From: an uncultured Acidobacteriota bacterium
GTDB lineage: Bacteria > Acidobacteriota > Terriglobia > UBA7540
NCBI GenBank assembly: GCA_963804995.1
Contig: CAWDSK010000001.1
Location: 288,001-352,000, forward strand
Length of the DNA stretch: 64,000 nt
Direction of reading: 5' to 3'
Below are positions 33,112 to 42,690 of the stretch, piece after piece (the stretch's first letter is position 1; every line of letters begins with the position of its first letter). The notes under the pieces are model-generated. The model worked only from the letters and a program-made list of their open reading frames with translations, had not been told where the DNA came from and did no database searches. Made by a program: the position numbers and the translations under genes.

Positions 33112-34365
33112 CTACCCCTCCGCCCGCATCAAATCTTCCACGCTTTCGCGGGGGCGAATCAAATCTGCTTCCCCACCATGCACCAGGACTTCAGCGGGAC
33201 GGGGCCGCGTGTTGTAGTTGGACGAGAGCGCGAATCCATAGGCGCCGGCCGTCAGTACAGCCAGCAGATCACCGGGCTGGACGTTTGCCATGTCGCGGTC
33301 CTGGGCGAGGAAGTCACCACTTTCGCAAAGCGGTCCCACCACGTCCGCCTGCAACCTTTCGGCAGGCCGATCGAGTGCCGGAACGATCTCGTGGTAAGAA
33401 CCGTAAAGAGTCGGCCGTATCAGATCATTCATGCCGGCGTCGATGACCACGAAATTCTTGCGCTGATTCCGCTTCACGTAAAGCACGCGCGTTATCAAGG
33501 CGCCGGCATTGCCCACCAGCGCGCGCCCGGGTTCCAGAATCAGTTTCAGCGAAGTCCCGCGCAGTCGCTCCTCCAAACCTTCGGCCAGGCGATTGACGTT
33601 GAGCGGCTCTTCTTGCGCGTAACGAATGCCATACCCGCCGCCCAGATCCAGCCACGTGGCAGGGTAGCCAGCCTGCTCCAATCCGCGCGCCACGCTGAGG
33701 ATTTCTTCCAGCGCTTCCCAGAAGGGTTCGACCTCCAGGATCTGCGAGCCGATGTGACACGCCACACCATGGACCTTCAGATGCGGCGACTCGGCGGCAC
33801 GGCGGTAAAGCTCCGGCGCTTCCTCTTTCGGCACGCCGAACTTATGGATGATCTGGCCGGTGGAAATTTTCGGGTGCGTATGAGCTTCTACATCCGGATT
33901 CACGCGAATCGATATGCGGGCTGTGCGCTGGAGAGAACGCGCGCGGCTCTCAATGACCGCGAGTTCGCCCGCTGATTCCACGTTGAACATCAGGATGCCT
34001 GCCTGGAGTGCGGCATCAATCTCATCCTGCGTTTTCCCTACGCCGGAGAAAACGATAGTGTCCGGCGAAGCCCCCGCCCGCAGGGCGCGTGCCAGTTCTC
34101 CGCTGGAAACAACGTCGAAGCCCGCACCGGCCTGCCGCAGCAAACCCAGGATGCGAAGATTGGAATTGGCTTTGACCGAGTAGCAGATCAGGTGGGGAAG
34201 GCGCGCCAGGCTGCCGCGCAGGCGTTCAAAATTCCTGGTGATTGCGCCCTGACTGTAAACGTACGTGGGTGTGCCGAAGCGCTCCGCAATCGTTCGGAGG
34301 GTCATCCCTTCGCAGAAAAGTTCGCGCTCGCGGTACGGGAAGCAATCAGGGCTGGATGGTTCCAT
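33112..34365 (-). CDS. lysA: Diaminopimelate decarboxylase
   Basis: YSVKANSN, HIGSQ, DLGGG, EPGR, GPLCESGD, GAYG...SNYN. Confidence 0.96.
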   Translation of the reverse strand: MEPSSPDCFPYRERELFCEGMTLRTIAERFGTPTYVYSQGAITRNFERLRGSLARLPHLICYSVKANSNLRILGLLRQAGAGFDVVSSGELARALRAGASPDTIVFSGVGKTQDEIDAALQAGILMFNVESAGELAVIESRARSLQRTARISIRVNPDVEAHTHPKISTGQIIHKFGVPKEEAPELYRRAAESPHLKVHGVACHIGSQILEVEPFWEALEEILSVARGLEQAGYPATWLDLGGGYGIRYAQEEPLNVNRLAEGLEERLRGTSLKLILEPGRALVGNAGALITRVLYVKRNQRKNFVVIDAGMNDLIRPTLYGSYHEIVPALDRPAERLQADVVGPLCESGDFLAQDRDMANVQPGDLLAVLTAGAYGFALSSNYNTRPRPAEVLVHGGEADLIRPRESVEDLMRAEG

Positions 34366-34489
34366 GCTCTCTCATTCTTCGGAGATGTTGGTACTTGTTG
34401 TGCCGACCTTGAGGTCGGCATGTGTCCCGACAGGTCGGGACGCTACAACATCAACCACAACCTCGACACCGCGTCCACACTATTCCCGC

Positions 34490-36244
34490 TCAGTGCACTT
34501 TCAACAACACCATGGTCTGATCATCACGCGGCGGGCGCCCCGCCTCAAACAGGCGGAGTTCTTCAAACGTCCGGTCGACGATTTCCTTGGGAGACCGGTG
34601 AGCATTCAGGCGCAGCACATTTTCCAGTCGCCGCGCGCCGAACTCATCCAGCTTGGGGTTGGTGGCTTCACTGACGCCGTCAGAAAAAAAGGCCAACAGA
34701 TCTCCCGACTCAAGATTCACCGCCGTGGGCAGGTACTCCGTGTGTTCGAGCAGTCCCAAGGGCACCCCCTCGGCGCGAATCGGCCGGCACTGGCCTTTCC
34801 GAACCAGGATGGGAAGGGGCATGCCGGCATTGGCCAGGCTCAAGGCCTTCGTCCGAGGTTCCCAGAGGGCGTAGGTCAGGGTCAGAAAGTGGCCTTCAAT
34901 CTTGCGCTCCAGAAGCATAAGGTTCAGCTTCTTCATCATGTCCGGGGGCAGAAGTTTTTGCGGAGCAAGACTGCGCAGGGTGCCGCTGGCCATGGCGCCG
35001 TAAAGCGCCGCGGGAGCACCCTTGCCGCTGACGTCGCCGACCGCGATCACATGCCGGTCCTTTCCATAGGCAAGGAAATCGTAGAGGTCGCCTCCCAGCT
35101 CACGCGCCGGCTCAAACCTTATGGCCACTTCCAGACCGGGAATGGTGGGCGCCGTTCCCGGCATCATGAGCATCTGGATTCCCTGCGCGCGTTGCAGATC
35201 ACGCTCCAGGCGCTCTTCACTGCGCGCCACTCGCTCATACAACCGGGCATTCTCAATGGCGATGGCGATCTGGGGCGCCAGCGTTGACAGGATGCGCACG
35301 TGGTCTTCATTGAAATAATTGGGTTGAGGGCTTTCCAGATCGATAACGCCAATCACCCGATCGCGATAGATTAAGGGCAAGGTCATCTCCGAACGAGTGT
35401 CCGGATTCGTCGCGATGTACCGCGGATCTTTGGAAACTTCAGGCACCACCACCGGCTGGCGCAGGTCCCCCGCCGCCCCTACGATGCCATGGCCAAAGGG
35501 GACCGTGCACTTCTCGGCCATGCGCTCGTCCTGCTTCAAGGAGATGACGGCATTGTAGGTCTGCGCCTGGTCATCAGCCAGGAATATGCCGAAGCGGTGG
35601 TAATCCACCAGCCGCTTGGTGAGAGTGCCAATCTTGCGGAGCAGCTCGTTCAACACCAGAACGGAACTGAGCTCGCGACTGATTTCGTTCAGCAACTGCA
35701 GGGTTCGGGCCTGGCGCAGGGTGCGACGGTAGAGCCGGGCATTTTCGATCGCCATGGCCATACGGCTGGCCAGGAGTTCCAGCAGGTTGACGTGCGAATC
35801 ATTGAAGAAGTCCGGCCGCGGAGCTTCCAGGTCGATGACCCCAATCAGGCGTCCTTTGAAAAGCAGGGGGACCGCCAACTCAGAGTGAATCGAAGGCAGC
35901 GAGGCGATATAAGTGGGATCCTTCTGAACATCGTTGACCAGCACCGAGCGCCGGGTTTCGGCGGCCCGGCCTACGATGCCCGCTCCGACTTTGATGCGCA
36001 GCCGACGGACCACTTCCTCAGGGTGGCCAATGCTGAAACGCACGCGCAGCTCTTGCGTCTTCTCATTCAGGAGTAAGATGGCAAAGACTTCGTAGTCAAT
36101 GGCGCGCTTGACGATTTCCGCGATGCGGCTCATCAGCTCGTCGAGATCGAGCGTGGAGCTGATTCGCTCGTTGACTTCCAGCATCAACGTCAGCAACTCC
36201 GTCAGCTCGAGAGGCCGTGATGTGAACCGCGTGGTTTCCGCCAT
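34490..36244 (-). CDS. Double-GAF PP2C/SpoIIE (RsbU-like) phosphatase
   Basis: Two GAF repeats (SELAVPL, SEMTLPL); LGGDLYD, GDVSGKG, NAG, SDG, DDQT. Confidence 0.92.
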   Translation of the reverse strand: MAETTRFTSRPLELTELLTLMLEVNERISSTLDLDELMSRIAEIVKRAIDYEVFAILLLNEKTQELRVRFSIGHPEEVVRRLRIKVGAGIVGRAAETRRSVLVNDVQKDPTYIASLPSIHSELAVPLLFKGRLIGVIDLEAPRPDFFNDSHVNLLELLASRMAMAIENARLYRRTLRQARTLQLLNEISRELSSVLVLNELLRKIGTLTKRLVDYHRFGIFLADDQAQTYNAVISLKQDERMAEKCTVPFGHGIVGAAGDLRQPVVVPEVSKDPRYIATNPDTRSEMTLPLIYRDRVIGVIDLESPQPNYFNEDHVRILSTLAPQIAIAIENARLYERVARSEERLERDLQRAQGIQMLMMPGTAPTIPGLEVAIRFEPARELGGDLYDFLAYGKDRHVIAVGDVSGKGAPAALYGAMASGTLRSLAPQKLLPPDMMKKLNLMLLERKIEGHFLTLTYALWEPRTKALSLANAGMPLPILVRKGQCRPIRAEGVPLGLLEHTEYLPTAVNLESGDLLAFFSDGVSEATNPKLDEFGARRLENVLRLNAHRSPKEIVDRTFEELRLFEAGRPPRDDQTMVLLKVH

Positions 36245-36580
36245 GAGTCCTTGCCGTGCTTGCCGGGCCGGTTCGGGGTGCTGCCGTCCTCGCACCGCGC
36301 GCCGCCGCTCCGGGATTCAACTGGTTGCTGAAATTCCGACTGCCGAAGCCACAGCCCGCGACCACTTGCCGGCAAGCGTTCCCAGGAGAGGTATTTCAGG
36401 TGACCAGTAAAATTCTCATTTTACCATAGGGGTCCTCTTCCGCCTGGTTCCGGACGACGATCTCTGGGAAGCGGGACCTTCGCGTTGACACAGGCTCCCT
36501 CTGGGAGGCGATCACCCATCAACGTAGGGCAGTCATTTCAAGACGACTGCGCCGCGCCGCCTCCGATATAATGAACGGCG

Positions 36581-37303
36581 ATGCTTATTCTGGCTCTTGA
36601 TACAACCAGCGAGAAGGGTGGCGTGGGAATCTTCCAAGACGCGGAGTGCCTGGCGTCGGCTCCGAATGAAGGTCCTGCCAACCGTTACTCGATCTCGCTG
36701 TTTGAATTGGCCGAGCAGGCGCTGGCCGGGGCCCACCTCGAACTCCACGAAATCGAATTGTTTGCGGTGGCCAATGGGCCAGGATCGTTCACCGGAATCC
36801 GAGTCGGCCTAGCAGCTGCTCGCGCTTGGGGTAAGGCTTTCGCGAGGCCGGTGCGCGGTGTCTCGGTGCTCGAAACCTTAGTGACCAAATCCAATCTGAC
36901 GTCGACATGGGCCTTTCCCATTCTGGACGCGCGGCGGGGAGAGTTTTACTTGGGCGCCTTCCACAAAACTTCTCAGGAAGTTTCGGGTGCATCTGGGCGG
37001 AAGTATGAGCCGGTGGATGCAGGCTGGGTTCTCCGGCCGGAACTCGTGACCCCGCTTGTGGAGAAGCTCCTGGGAAACGGGGAGCGCGCAACGTGCCTGG
37101 TGCGCGCGCATGATGAGTCCGCTCTGGCATTACGGGAGAACCTGCCAGCCTCGCTTGACTGGCAAAGAATCGAAGGCACACTCGTGGATTCCGTCGCCTC
37201 CCTGGCTCTTCACGGACTGCTCACGAGCAGCCCCTGCTCAGATCCCAAACTCGATGCTTATTACATCCGCCGGCCGGATGCTGAAATCAACTGGAAGGGG
37301 TGA
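36581..37303 (+). CDS. tsaB: t6A biosynthesis protein TsaB
   Basis: ILALDT, GPGSFTGIRVG, DARRGEFY, YIR. Confidence 0.93.
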   Translation: MLILALDTTSEKGGVGIFQDAECLASAPNEGPANRYSISLFELAEQALAGAHLELHEIELFAVANGPGSFTGIRVGLAAARAWGKAFARPVRGVSVLETLVTKSNLTSTWAFPILDARRGEFYLGAFHKTSQEVSGASGRKYEPVDAGWVLRPELVTPLVEKLLGNGERATCLVRAHDESALALRENLPASLDWQRIEGTLVDSVASLALHGLLTSSPCSDPKLDAYYIRRPDAEINWKG

Positions 37304-37437
37304 GGTGGGAAGCAGGGAGTAGGGAGTGGGGAATCGGGAATAGGGACGCAATTTCCTACTCCCTATTCACCGGGCCGCCGGTTAGAGGTTCCGAATTCTT
37401 GATTTCAGATTCCGAACATGAAGATCCGCTTCCGAAC

Positions 37438-37908
37438 ATGAAGATTCGCGCCTTCGCTCGCGATGATGTGGCGGCCGTCCAGGCTATTCAAATAAAGTGC
37501 CCGCCTGCCGCCCAGTGGCATATGGAGGATTACCTGCGCTTGGCTGACGATCCCTATGGCATGGTGCTCGTGGCCGAACTCGCGACCGTGAACGCGCCCG
37601 AGGTCGTGGGCTTCTCAGCGTTTTACCGTGTCATCGAGGAGGCCGAACTTCGCAACCTCGCCGTCGGACCCACCTGCCAGCGGCAGGGGATTGCTCGCGC
37701 GTTGCTTGAAGAAGGAACCCACAAGCTGCGGGAGACCGGCGTGCAGCGAATTTTCCTGGAGGTCCGCGCCTCGAACCATCCCGCCCTTGAACTGTATACC
37801 TCCTTGCGGTTCAAGTTGCTTTCCACCCGCAAGGACTATTATCAGAATCCGGTCGAGGACGCGCTGGTCATGGCGCTCGATATCACCTCTGGAAAGCGCG
37901 ATGCTTAG
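37438..37908 (+). CDS. rimI: RimI-family GNAT acetyltransferase
   Basis: NLAV, QRQGIA, FLEVRASN, RKDYYQNPVEDALVM; follows tsaB. Confidence 0.9.
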   Translation: MKIRAFARDDVAAVQAIQIKCPPAAQWHMEDYLRLADDPYGMVLVAELATVNAPEVVGFSAFYRVIEEAELRNLAVGPTCQRQGIARALLEEGTHKLRETGVQRIFLEVRASNHPALELYTSLRFKLLSTRKDYYQNPVEDALVMALDITSGKRDA

Positions 37909-38073
37909 CCCTCTCCGAGGGGAGCGGGTGGACCGCCGCCGGCGTTTTCATCAGCCGGGGCGGGACGGGTGAGGGGTCACTTAAGAGTTGGGGCGTTTAG
38001 AAATTCAAAAACTGTTGGCCGCGCCCTTCCCGCAGCCCCCAAGACCCTTTAAGCGTGGTGAGAAATCCAGGTA
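37907..38073 (+). repeat. CCCTCTCC-family repeat followed by a GTGGTGAGAAATCCAGG end motif
   Basis: Homologous to 15196-15377. Confidence 0.78.
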
Positions 38074-38211
38074 AGCGGTTCAGGGCAGGCTGCCCGCTCA
38101 CCCCATCGCATACCGCCAATTTATTTTTGCTCCCCAAACAGAGGGCTTGCGAGGCGGGCGTCACCCTCCTATACTTTCGCCACTATTCTGGAATTTAGTT
38201 GAGGAGGAAAT

Positions 38212-39105
38212 ATGACTCTTATTTCACGACGCGATGCAGGAAAGATTTTGTTAACCGGATGTGCCGGCGCGCTGGTATCCGCCCAAGGGTTGCTCAGCGC
38301 TGCCCGGATCAATTCGGTGGTTCGCGGGGTGCAGATCGGCGCCCAAAGCTATTCGTTTCGCGACCGTCCTCTCAACGCGTGCATCGAAGCTTTCCGCACG
38401 GTGGGCCTCGGCGAGTGCGAACTCTATGAAGGGCACGTGGCGCCCCCCCACACGAAAGGCGCGGACCTGGAAAAGTGGCGCCTCGAGACTCCACCCAGCT
38501 ACTATAAAGAAATCCGCAAGAAGTTTGATGATGCCGGGGTTCTGATTTACGCGTACAACTTTAGTTTTCGCAAGACTTTCACGGATGAGGAGATCGAGCG
38601 CGGTTTTCAGGCCGCCCAAGCCATGGGCGTTAAGTACATCACCGCTTCTTCCAACGTCAGCGTAGCTCCGCGGGTTGACAAGTACGCCCAGCAATACAAA
38701 ATCATGGTGGGGTTCCACGGGCACGACCAGACCTCTGACCCGGATGAGTTCTCGACTCCGGACACCTTTGCGCGCGCCATGCAGGGTGCATCGCGTTACA
38801 TTGGCATCAACCTTGATATCGGCCATTTCACCGCCGCGGGCGGGGACGCTGTCGCCTTCCTTCGTGAGCACCACGAAAAGATCGTCACGCTGCACATCAA
38901 AGACCGGAAGAAGAATCACGGTGCGAACCTCCCGTTGGGCGAGGGCGATACCCCCATTGTGGAAGTGCTCCACCAGTTGCGCGATAATCACTGGAAGATT
39001 CCCGCCAACATCGAGTACGAATACGGCAACGAAATCAAAGGCCTCGACACCATCGCGGAAGTCAAGAAGTGCTACGAGTATTGTCGGAAGGCGCTGGAGA
39101 GTTAG
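38212..39105 (+). CDS. Sugar phosphate isomerase/epimerase (xylose-isomerase-like TIM barrel), probable Tat substrate
   Basis: ISRRDAG, GAQSYSFR, LDIGH, HIKD, IEYE. Confidence 0.85.
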   Translation: MTLISRRDAGKILLTGCAGALVSAQGLLSAARINSVVRGVQIGAQSYSFRDRPLNACIEAFRTVGLGECELYEGHVAPPHTKGADLEKWRLETPPSYYKEIRKKFDDAGVLIYAYNFSFRKTFTDEEIERGFQAAQAMGVKYITASSNVSVAPRVDKYAQQYKIMVGFHGHDQTSDPDEFSTPDTFARAMQGASRYIGINLDIGHFTAAGGDAVAFLREHHEKIVTLHIKDRKKNHGANLPLGEGDTPIVEVLHQLRDNHWKIPANIEYEYGNEIKGLDTIAEVKKCYEYCRKALES

Positions 39106-39313
39106 CTGGAATTTCTCGGGGCGGAGGGAATGGGCGGGCTATTGCCTTTCCCTCCCCGCGGTGCTTGCGTGGGGCAACACCTAAGTTGGGGAATTGCCTT
39201 GCGGCTCTGTCTCCCTGGCCGTAGGGGTACGGCTTGCCGTGCCCTCTGCATTTTTTATCGCGTGACCGAAGCAAGAGGGTACGGCAAGCCGTACCCTGGA
39301 GTTTTTACATTTA

Positions 39314-40693
39314 TTATGCATCAGCGGCGTGGGTGAGGGCGCGGTCGGTGAGTTGGAAGCCCAGAGATTGGGGACATTCCGGGTGGTCGACCATTTCTTG
39401 GCGCAGCAGGGTGACGAGGTCGAGGCAGGAAGGGCGGTGGGCCTTGCGTCGCCACCGGGGCAGAGCCTGATAGGCCGTGCCACGCTCGGTGCCGAAGGCT
39501 TGGAGAGAAGCCAGGAGCAGCGCGCTGTAGGCGGCCACGACCAGGGCAGGTTGCTTGGGCACGGCGTTAACGTTCCATAACTGGGCTTGTCCGACACCCA
39601 GCGTCTCCTTCTCGTCGCGGTGGTTGACTTCGATCTGCCAGCGGTCGAAGTAGATTTGCAGCAACTGAGGGGCAGAGTGCCGCAGGTCGGTGGTCAGCAG
39701 GTAGGCCGGTTGACGGTAGTAGAGTCTGGAGCTCTTCCGTTTGCGATAGGGGGTAGGAGCCACGACGAAGAGCCGCAGGGGGATCTGGCCGGCGCCCCGA
39801 CGCCAGTAGACTTGCGACACCTCTTTATAACGGAGGCGGCGGCGCTTGCCTCCGTAGAAGAGCTTGGTTTGCTGCCAGAGGTGGGACTCGTCCTGCCGGA
39901 CCTGTTCGGGGGTAAAGGTGGAGAGGGCGTAAAAGCGGCGAGAAGGCTGGGGAGCGCGAAAGCCGAGGCGCGCATCCTTGCGGGCGCGGGCGATCAACTC
40001 GGTGCGATCGCGGGGGGCGCGCAGACAGGTGCGGTTGCAGAAGCTGCCATCCAGAGCCAGCACCAGCAGCTTGGCCCCACCCCCGGCCGCATCCAGCGCC
40101 TGGCGCAAGGGGGCCACGCTCTGCACAAAACGCTGCGAGAGGTTGTGGAGCTTGCGCATCCTTTTATATTCCTGCCAGGCTTCCTCTTTCGCCTTGCGGG
40201 AGGGCTTTTTCAGCGGCGCCGCCTCTTCAAAGCGCACGGGCAGAGCGCGGCAGCTGGCGGGGGCGTGCCGATGCAGGGGCAGCAGCAGGGAAGCTTGCAG
40301 AAAGCGCACGCCGCGCAGGAGGTTGACATGAAAGGGGGGCGAGAGGGGATCGCGGTGATAACGCGCCTGGGGAATGGCGCGGCCGGTCTTGCGCAGGCGG
40401 GTGTCGTCGACGGCCACGCCCACCAGGCGGCCGGGACAATAGGGCAAGGCGCGGCGCCAGACGCCGGCAAACAACGTCTGCGGTTCCCAGTGACAACGCG
40501 AGTGGAGAAAGTATTCGCTCGACCAACTGCGCTGCTGGCGGCCCTGGGTCCAGAGGATACGCGAAAGACAGCGTCGACCCACGCAGACCAAGGCGCCCAG
40601 GGCCTGGCGCACGGCGCGCTGCAGGGTGCGCTGCTGGGGAAAAGTGGGGGCCCAGTCCGCCACGATCTCCGACCAGGCGGCGAACAGAGTCAT
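39314..40693 (-). CDS. DDE transposase (IS4 superfamily)
   Basis: VAVDDT, LALDGSF, YFDRWQIEVNHRDEK (Y-x2-R-x3-E-x6-K). Confidence 0.92.
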   Translation of the reverse strand: MTLFAAWSEIVADWAPTFPQQRTLQRAVRQALGALVCVGRRCLSRILWTQGRQQRSWSSEYFLHSRCHWEPQTLFAGVWRRALPYCPGRLVGVAVDDTRLRKTGRAIPQARYHRDPLSPPFHVNLLRGVRFLQASLLLPLHRHAPASCRALPVRFEEAAPLKKPSRKAKEEAWQEYKRMRKLHNLSQRFVQSVAPLRQALDAAGGGAKLLVLALDGSFCNRTCLRAPRDRTELIARARKDARLGFRAPQPSRRFYALSTFTPEQVRQDESHLWQQTKLFYGGKRRRLRYKEVSQVYWRRGAGQIPLRLFVVAPTPYRKRKSSRLYYRQPAYLLTTDLRHSAPQLLQIYFDRWQIEVNHRDEKETLGVGQAQLWNVNAVPKQPALVVAAYSALLLASLQAFGTERGTAYQALPRWRRKAHRPSCLDLVTLLRQEMVDHPECPQSLGFQLTDRALTHAADA

Positions 40694-41025
40694 CGGGCCT
40701 CCGGACGTAAGCCGAAAGTGTTCTTCCCGGTACGCAGGAAGCGATCGCCGCGGGCGACTTTTTTGGTCAGCGAAGAGACCAGGCTCTCGCGATCGACGGT
40801 GACGTGGAAGGCGGCGCGGAGGCGCGCCAGGAGTTCGGAAATGTGCAAGGGGGTACGGGCCTTCTTGAGTATGTCGTACGCCATGTCCACTTGGGACAGA
40901 CCTGTGCGGCGCGGCCTCGGGGCGGGGGCTGGGGAACCGCCGCGGAGACGGCGAACCGCCCGCAACTGGGCATCCAGTGAGGCCTCGAATATCGAAAGAA
41001 TGGAATCCTTGAGATCGTCAGGCAA
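40690..41025 (-). CDS. IS-encoded small winged-helix (HARE-HTH-like) protein
   Basis: SQVDMAYDILKKARTPLHISELL...FLRTGKNTFGL; GGAGG RBS; ATGA overlap with the transposase start. Confidence 0.75.
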   Translation of the reverse strand: MPDDLKDSILSIFEASLDAQLRAVRRLRGGSPAPAPRPRRTGLSQVDMAYDILKKARTPLHISELLARLRAAFHVTVDRESLVSSLTKKVARGDRFLRTGKNTFGLRPEAR

Positions 41026-41255
41026 GTTAACCTCCGGAGCCAGGACTCAGGAGGAAGGTAACGGAAATCAGGGAGGTCTGTCAATAGAAATCTTACTTTG
41101 CCAGACCTAAATGTAGAAACTCCAGGGTACGGCAAGCCGTACCCCTACATCCGAGTATTGAGTGTGAGGGGTCGCATCTGAACATTTGCGAGACCTGCTG
41201 GCCGTGGGACCACGCCAGCAGAATCCTGGCTAAAATCTCGTGAAGAAGGTGCACG

Positions 41256-41654
41256 ATGAAACGACCAGTATTGGCCATTATATGTGCACTCCTGATGGGG
41301 AGTCTAACGTCAGGGCAAAATCCCACCGGTAAACCAGAGCTCAAGGAATTTCTCTACTTAATCCAACTCACCCGGCCTGACATGTTGCGCAGCGGCCCCA
41401 CCCCGGAGGAGTCGACAGCAGTCCAGAATCACGCCAACTACCTGAAGGACCTCACCGCCAAGGGGACAGTTATCCTGGCGGGTCGGACCCTCAACAATGA
41501 CGAGACCACCTTCGGGATTATTGTTTTCCGGGCAGCCTCGGAGGAAGCTGCACGCGAGATCATGAACGGTGACCCCGCGGTCCAGAAAAAAGTTTTCCGC
41601 GCCGCCCTATACCCCTTCAGCGTCGTCTTTATGGAGGCGGGAAAGGAACCGTAA
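41256..41654 (+). CDS. YciI-family protein with signal peptide
   Basis: HANYLKDL...ILAGRT...GIIVF...AREIMNGDPAV. Confidence 0.8.
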   Translation: MKRPVLAIICALLMGSLTSGQNPTGKPELKEFLYLIQLTRPDMLRSGPTPEESTAVQNHANYLKDLTAKGTVILAGRTLNNDETTFGIIVFRAASEEAAREIMNGDPAVQKKVFRAALYPFSVVFMEAGKEP

Positions 41655-41744
41655 ACGTCTGTTGGGAAGAGAAAAGAATCGGCCCGCTCGCTCCGTGAAA
41701 TGATCCCACCTTGAACGGTCCTCGACATCCATGGACCTCTGCAC

Positions 41745-41773
41745 TTGACCCGGAAGCTGATTTCCGTTAGCTT
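41745..41773 (+). promoter_or_regulatory. Putative sigma70 promoter of lutA
   Basis: TTGACC-17 nt-TAGCTT, 17 nt upstream of the ATG. Confidence 0.45.
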
Positions 41774-41790
41774 TGCTGGTTTAAAAGGTC

Positions 41791-42525
41791 ATGGGAAAAC
41801 CGCGTGTAGCTCTTTTCATCACCTGCCTAGCAGACCAGTTTCTGCCTAACGTTGGTGAGTGCGTAGTAAAAGTCCTCCGGCGCCTGGACGTCGATGTCAC
41901 CTTCAACCCTGCGCAGACGTGTTGCGGCCAGCCGGCGTTCAACACCGGCTTTCGGGACGAGGCTCGCAGTGTGGCCATGCGGGTGTTGGACCTTTTTGAC
42001 GACGCCGACTATATCGTGGCGCCTTCGGGGTCCTGCACGTCGATGGTGCGGGTCTTCTACCCCGAACTCTTTGCGGATGACCCCGCGCGCCTGAGCAAGT
42101 GCGCGCAACTGCGGGAACGCTTCTTCGAATTCTCGGAATTCCTGGTGGAGGTCTTGAAGGTCGAAGACGTGGGGGCGAGTTTTAGGCACCGCGTGACATA
42201 CCACGATTCCTGCCACCTGCTGCGCGAACTTGGAGTCGGTGAAGCGCCGCGCAAGCTGCTCCGGAAAGTGCAGGGCATCGATTTTGTGGAGATGCAGGAT
42301 CAGAAACTCTGCTGCGGTTTCGGGGGCACATTCTCCGTGAAATTTCCCGAAGTCTCCGTGCCCATGGGCGAGGACAAAGTCCGCGCCGCTTCGGAGACCG
42401 GAGCCGAATACCTGGTGGCGGCTGACGGCGGATGCCTGATGCACATTTCAGGCCTGATTCATCGGCAAGGACTGCCGCTCAAGACCCTGCATTTGGCGGA
42501 GGTTTTGGCGGAGGAGGAGGGGTAG
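41791..42525 (+). CDS. lutA: Lactate utilisation protein A (CCG-domain Fe-S)
   Basis: LFITC, QTCCGQPAFNTG, SGSC, TYHDSCH, CCGFGGTF. Confidence 0.9.
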   Translation: MGKPRVALFITCLADQFLPNVGECVVKVLRRLDVDVTFNPAQTCCGQPAFNTGFRDEARSVAMRVLDLFDDADYIVAPSGSCTSMVRVFYPELFADDPARLSKCAQLRERFFEFSEFLVEVLKVEDVGASFRHRVTYHDSCHLLRELGVGEAPRKLLRKVQGIDFVEMQDQKLCCGFGGTFSVKFPEVSVPMGEDKVRAASETGAEYLVAADGGCLMHISGLIHRQGLPLKTLHLAEVLAEEEG

Positions 42526-42537
42526 CGGTGGATAACT

Positions 42538-42690
42538 GGGAGATCGGGCCATCGAGCCATCGGGTCATCGGGCCATTTAACAAATGCAAATCGCCAATTT
42601 GCCCAATGACCGTTTGGCTAAATGGCTTCATGCCCCGGTCGCCCGAAGATCCGATTACTCAATGGCCCGATGGCCCGATGACCCGATGAC
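42538..42690. repeat. Inverted octamer arrays (CATCGGGY / RCCCGATG)
   Basis: GATCGGGCCATCGAGCCATCGGGTCATCGGGCCAT ... GGCCCGATGGCCCGATGACCCGATGAC; same family as inside mtaB. Confidence 0.8.

Larger units (their letters stand above)
39296..41125 (-). mobile_element. Insertion sequence (IS4/IS701-like DDE) with two genes
   Basis: Terminal IRs CTGGAGTTTTTACATTT and AAATGTAGAAACTCCAG (16/17); direct repeats GGTACGGCAAGCCGTACC at 39278-39295 and 41126-41143. Confidence 0.9.
39221..41148. repeat. GTAG-family REP doublet interrupted by the IS
   Basis: GTAGGGGTACGGCTTGCCGTGCCC (39221) ... GGTACGGCAAGCCGTACCCCTAC (ends 41148). Confidence 0.85.

Noticed and set aside
37300..37437. N-terminal extensions of RimI (also LutB, TsaC and the 2443 ORF) in the ORF track
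   Set aside because: They run through repeat arrays or promoter DNA; downstream ATGs match the family starts.
39587..41110. 507-aa plus-strand ORF
   Set aside because: Antisense to the transposase and accessory gene.
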